Assembly: GCA_014905635.1 (NCBI GenBank)
Contig: JABVCE010000005.1
Coordinates: 186,001 to 250,000 of the forward strand
Source: Scenedesmus sp. PABB004
Lineage: Eukaryota
DNA length: 64,000 nt
Direction: 5' to 3'
The notes under the pieces were generated by a model. The model was not told the origin of the DNA. It saw only the letters and a program-made list of their open reading frames with translations, and ran no database searches. This document shows, in pieces, positions 60,701 to 64,000 of this stretch (positions are counted from its first letter, which is position 1; every line of letters starts with the position of its first letter). Both the position numbers and the translations under genes were made by a program.

Positions 60701-63700
60701 TGCCATCGACGGCTGCGCAACAGCGTCCGAGGCTGCTGCTGCCGCTGGCGCGGCCGCGTTCGCCTGCGCCGCCACAGCTGTCTCAGGAGGCTGGCGCTGC
60801 TGCGGCTCAGCGGGCGCCTGCTGCGCCTCCGCCGGCGCCGCGATGCCGCTGGCCAGGATGGTGCCGCTGCTGGCGAGCAGGTGCTGCACCGCCGCCGCGT
60901 CGCGCATCCACGGCGGCAGCCCGCCCGCCGCCGCGGCCGGCGCCAGGAGCTGCAGATCGTCGTGCGCCTGGCGCAGCAGCGCCGGCTCGGCGGGCGCCGC
61001 GAGCGTGACGTGCGCGACCTGCAGCAGCAGCGCCTCGGGGTAGTGCGCGTGCAGTGGGCCCTCGGACGCGCCTCGCCGCGCGGCACCGCGGCTGCTGCGC
61101 CGGCCGGCCGGCGGCTCGACCGTGTGCGCGGAGCTGCCGCAGGTGCTGCTCGCGCTGTTGAGCTCGTCGGCGCTGTCGCCACCGCTGGCACAGCCGCCGC
61201 GCGAGGCGCGGCGCCGCGCGGCCGCGTGCAGCGCCCACGCGCGGTCGTACGCGTTGCCCGGCGCCTGGCAGGCGTGGCTGTGGGGCACGATGACCTGCGG
61301 AGCGCGGGCGCAAGGTGCGGGGCGTCAAGCGCGTGAGAGGTGCAGGGCGCCCGCACAGGGGGATGAGAGCTGCACGCGCGCCGTGCGCGCGCGCCACAGC
61401 CCCAACGTGCCTGCACGTTGGTCAGGCGCAGCACCACGACCGCCGCGCCGCCCGGCGGCGGCGCGGGCGCCGCCTCGGCCGCGGGCCGCGGCCGCGCGAG
61501 GGACGCGCTCGCGGCCTCGACCTCGCGCGCGACCTGCGCCGCCACAAACAGCACGTTGTTGACGAACCGCCGCACCAGCACCAGGCGCGGGTTGTGCACG
61601 GACACGGACAGCAGGAGCGGCGGCGCCCCCTCCGCGTCGGCCCCGTCGCCGCGCGGCACGAGCGCGTGCAGCGACACGCGGCACGCCGCCTGCTGCTGGC
61701 GCCGAGCGGCGCGGCTGGCAGCCGAGGCGCGTGGCACATCAAAGGCCTGCGGTGGCCGCGGGCGGGCGCGTGGGCAGGCAGGCGGGCGTCAGCTCACACG
61801 GGCTCGCGCGCGGCGCTGCCGCCTCGCACGCAGGGCGCGGCGGCGCACCTCGTATGGCGAGTCCCCGCCAGACAGCACGTGCCGCTGCTCCACGCAGGCG
61901 CACAGGTCCTGCAGGCCCACGTGCGCGACGGAGCAGCCAAACTCTGCGCCGCCCGGCTGCTCGCCGCCGGGCGCCTCGCGCGGCGGCCGGCGCGCGTCCG
62001 CGGCTGCGTCCAGCAGCAGCAGCGACAGCAGGCCCTTGGTCTGCAGCTCGTCCTCGCCGCTGCCCGGCAGCAGGCGGCGCTCCATGTTGAGCTGCGTGTG
62101 GCAGAGCGCGAGCGCAACGCGCACGTGCAGCCTGCGGCCCTCGCCGCCGCCGCCGGCGCTGGGGGCCGCACTGGCGCGCCGCGCCGTGGTGAGCGCGCCG
62201 CTGCTCCAGGCGCCGCCGCGCACCGCGGCTGCGAGGCCGCCCGCCAGCTGCAGCAGCATGCTGACCGAGTGGGGGCCCAGCGTGAGCTTGACGTGCGCCA
62301 GCGCCAGCGTGAGCGCGTCCCAGGGCTGCTCCGCGCCCGGCGCGCGCGCCGCCGGCTGCTGCACATAGCTCAGCGCGAGCTGCGGCTGCTGCTGCAGCTC
62401 GGCCAGGTGCTGGCCGCCGCTGGCGCTGCCAAACGGCGTCGGTGCTGCCGCGGGGCCCCAGCCCCTCGCGCCGCCCGGCGACGACCCGGCGGAGCTCGCG
62501 GTGCTGCGGCGCCGCGCGGGCAGCGCCCAGCTGCCGCCGGCGCTGCCCGCCTCGGGCGACGCCGAGTCGGCGCACGCGCCGAGGCAGGTGAGCATGAACC
62601 GATCCAGGAAGTCAACGGCGCACGCCTCCCAGCCGGCTTCGCCGCCAGCCGTGCTGCCGGCGGCGCTGCCGCCCGTCTCGCGGCCCTGCTGCTGCCGCTG
62701 GCGGGCGCCGCCGGCGCGGGCCGCCTCGCGCAGCGGCGGCAGCGCCAGGAGCGGGCCCTGGCCCGCTTTGCTCATGGCGCTGAGGCCGCTGGCGCCCCGC
62801 GCGCCGCCGCGCTCGGCGGGGGCGGCGCCGCCCAGCGACGGGGGGCCCTGCTTGCGCTGCCGCGCGCGCAGGTGCTGCGCCGCGGAGGCCAGCAGGCTCC
62901 TGGTGCCGGAGCGCAGGCTGCGGATGGCCCCAAAGACTTGCATCCCGCCCACGCCCGGCCCGCCTGGCTGCGGCTCCGACAGCAGCTCCGCCGGCGCCAC
63001 GGCGGCGCTGCCGGCCGCGCGCCGCAGCGGCGAGCCCGGCGCGTCGCCGGCGTCACGCCCGCTGCAGCTGCTGCTGCTGCTCGCGGCGGCGTGAAGCGGC
63101 GCGTCGGCCGACGCCAGCCTGTCCGCGAGCAGGGGCTTGCTGAAGCTCCCCTGCCGCCAATTGCAGGGGCTGCCCGGCTGCGGCAGCAGCTCGCCGGTCA
63201 GCGCGCCGGGCGGCTCCGCCACGCCCGCCGGCCGCGCCGCGCCGGCCGCGCTCATGGCGCTCGCGCGGCGGCTGCCAAACCAGCCGGCGTGCGCGCGCGG
63301 CGGCGCCTGGCCCGCCGCCGCGGCGGCCGCCGCCTCGGCGGCCGGGTCTGCCTCGGCCAGGGCGAAGCGATAGAGCATCTGGTACGCCTCGAACGCCGCC
63401 GCCGCGTCGCCCGGGCCCGGCGCGGCGCGGCGCGCCGCGCCGCCGGCGCCCTGCTGCTGCTGCTGAAAGAGCAGGAACATCGCGTAGTCGAGCGCCCGCG
63501 CGACGCCGCGCAGCTCGAGCACGCGCTGCCAGCGGCGGCGGCGCAGCAGGCGGCGCGTCGCGGGGCCGGGCGGCAGGCAGCGCGGCGGCGCCGCCGGCGG
63601 CGGCGCGCCGGGGCCGCCGCCGCCGGGCCGCCCGCGGCCGCGCGCTCGATGCCCAGCGCCTGCCAGCGGCTGAGCGTGGCGGCCTCGTACGCCGCGGTGA

Positions 63701-64000
63701 GGCGGGGCGTAAAGGGCGCCAGCACAAAGGCGTTGTGGTTGGCTCCCAGGCAGGGCAGCCCCGCGCGCTCGCCGCCCGCCGACGCCGCGTCGGCGCCGGG
63801 GGCCGACGCGCGGCGCCCGGCGCCGCCGCGCGGCGGCGCCGCCGCGCCGCGCCCCGCCGCCGCCCCAGGCGGCACCGCGTAGCCGGGCGGCAGGAAGACG
63901 CCCGTGGCCGACGGCAGCGTGGCGGGGTTGCGGCAGAGGTCCAGGAGCTGCAGGTCCACCAGCAGCAGCGACGAGACGTGCGCGCGCGCGGCGAGGCCGC
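41261..64000 (-). CDS. VPS13: VPS13-family bridge-like lipid transfer protein, 5'-truncated by the window edge; many exons; C2-like domains toward the C-terminus
   Basis: WEVLLEPWP, RYLIQNLTG, VVSIKSKFVLFNDTGLPLEYKQRG, FHWD..WPWSGAFPL, PPYRIENRT, PFAWDD, VQLDNQL..HPVVLSP, YYLERLTVSAI, ATG2_C-like GLVKGGGGLLVRPVMGAVD. Stop at 41261. Confidence 0.92.

Overview
Extremely GC-rich (roughly 75-80%), gene-dense eukaryotic nuclear DNA with short introns, most consistent with a chlorophyte green alga (Sphaeropleales-like; species not determinable). About 17 genes, nearly all spliced, are recognisable. In order: a hypothetical protein, ProX/YbaK tRNA-editing protein, MATE transporter, tRNA-binding OB-fold protein, CCZ1, cysteine synthase, a PTD/SPO16-like gene head-to-head with HEI10, a coiled-coil CxxCDRP protein, FolD, a mitochondrial carrier, a small secreted-type protein, an LMBR1-family protein, a DUF5765-like membrane protein, CSL4, a MYND-finger protein, and the 3' ~23 kb of a VPS13 gene. 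The outstanding unexplained structure is a ~2.3 kb cassette (30455-32755). It holds nine long, mutually unrelated fold-back hairpins and is bracketed by a direct duplication of the LMBR1 gene's 3' end. The stems carry many G-U-compatible mismatches and appear to be built from coding-like fragments, so this is a candidate polycistronic small-RNA (miRNA/siRNA) array. Most long ORFs in the six-frame track are artefacts of high GC. Gene models were spliced by eye and family assignments are from remembered motifs, not database searches.
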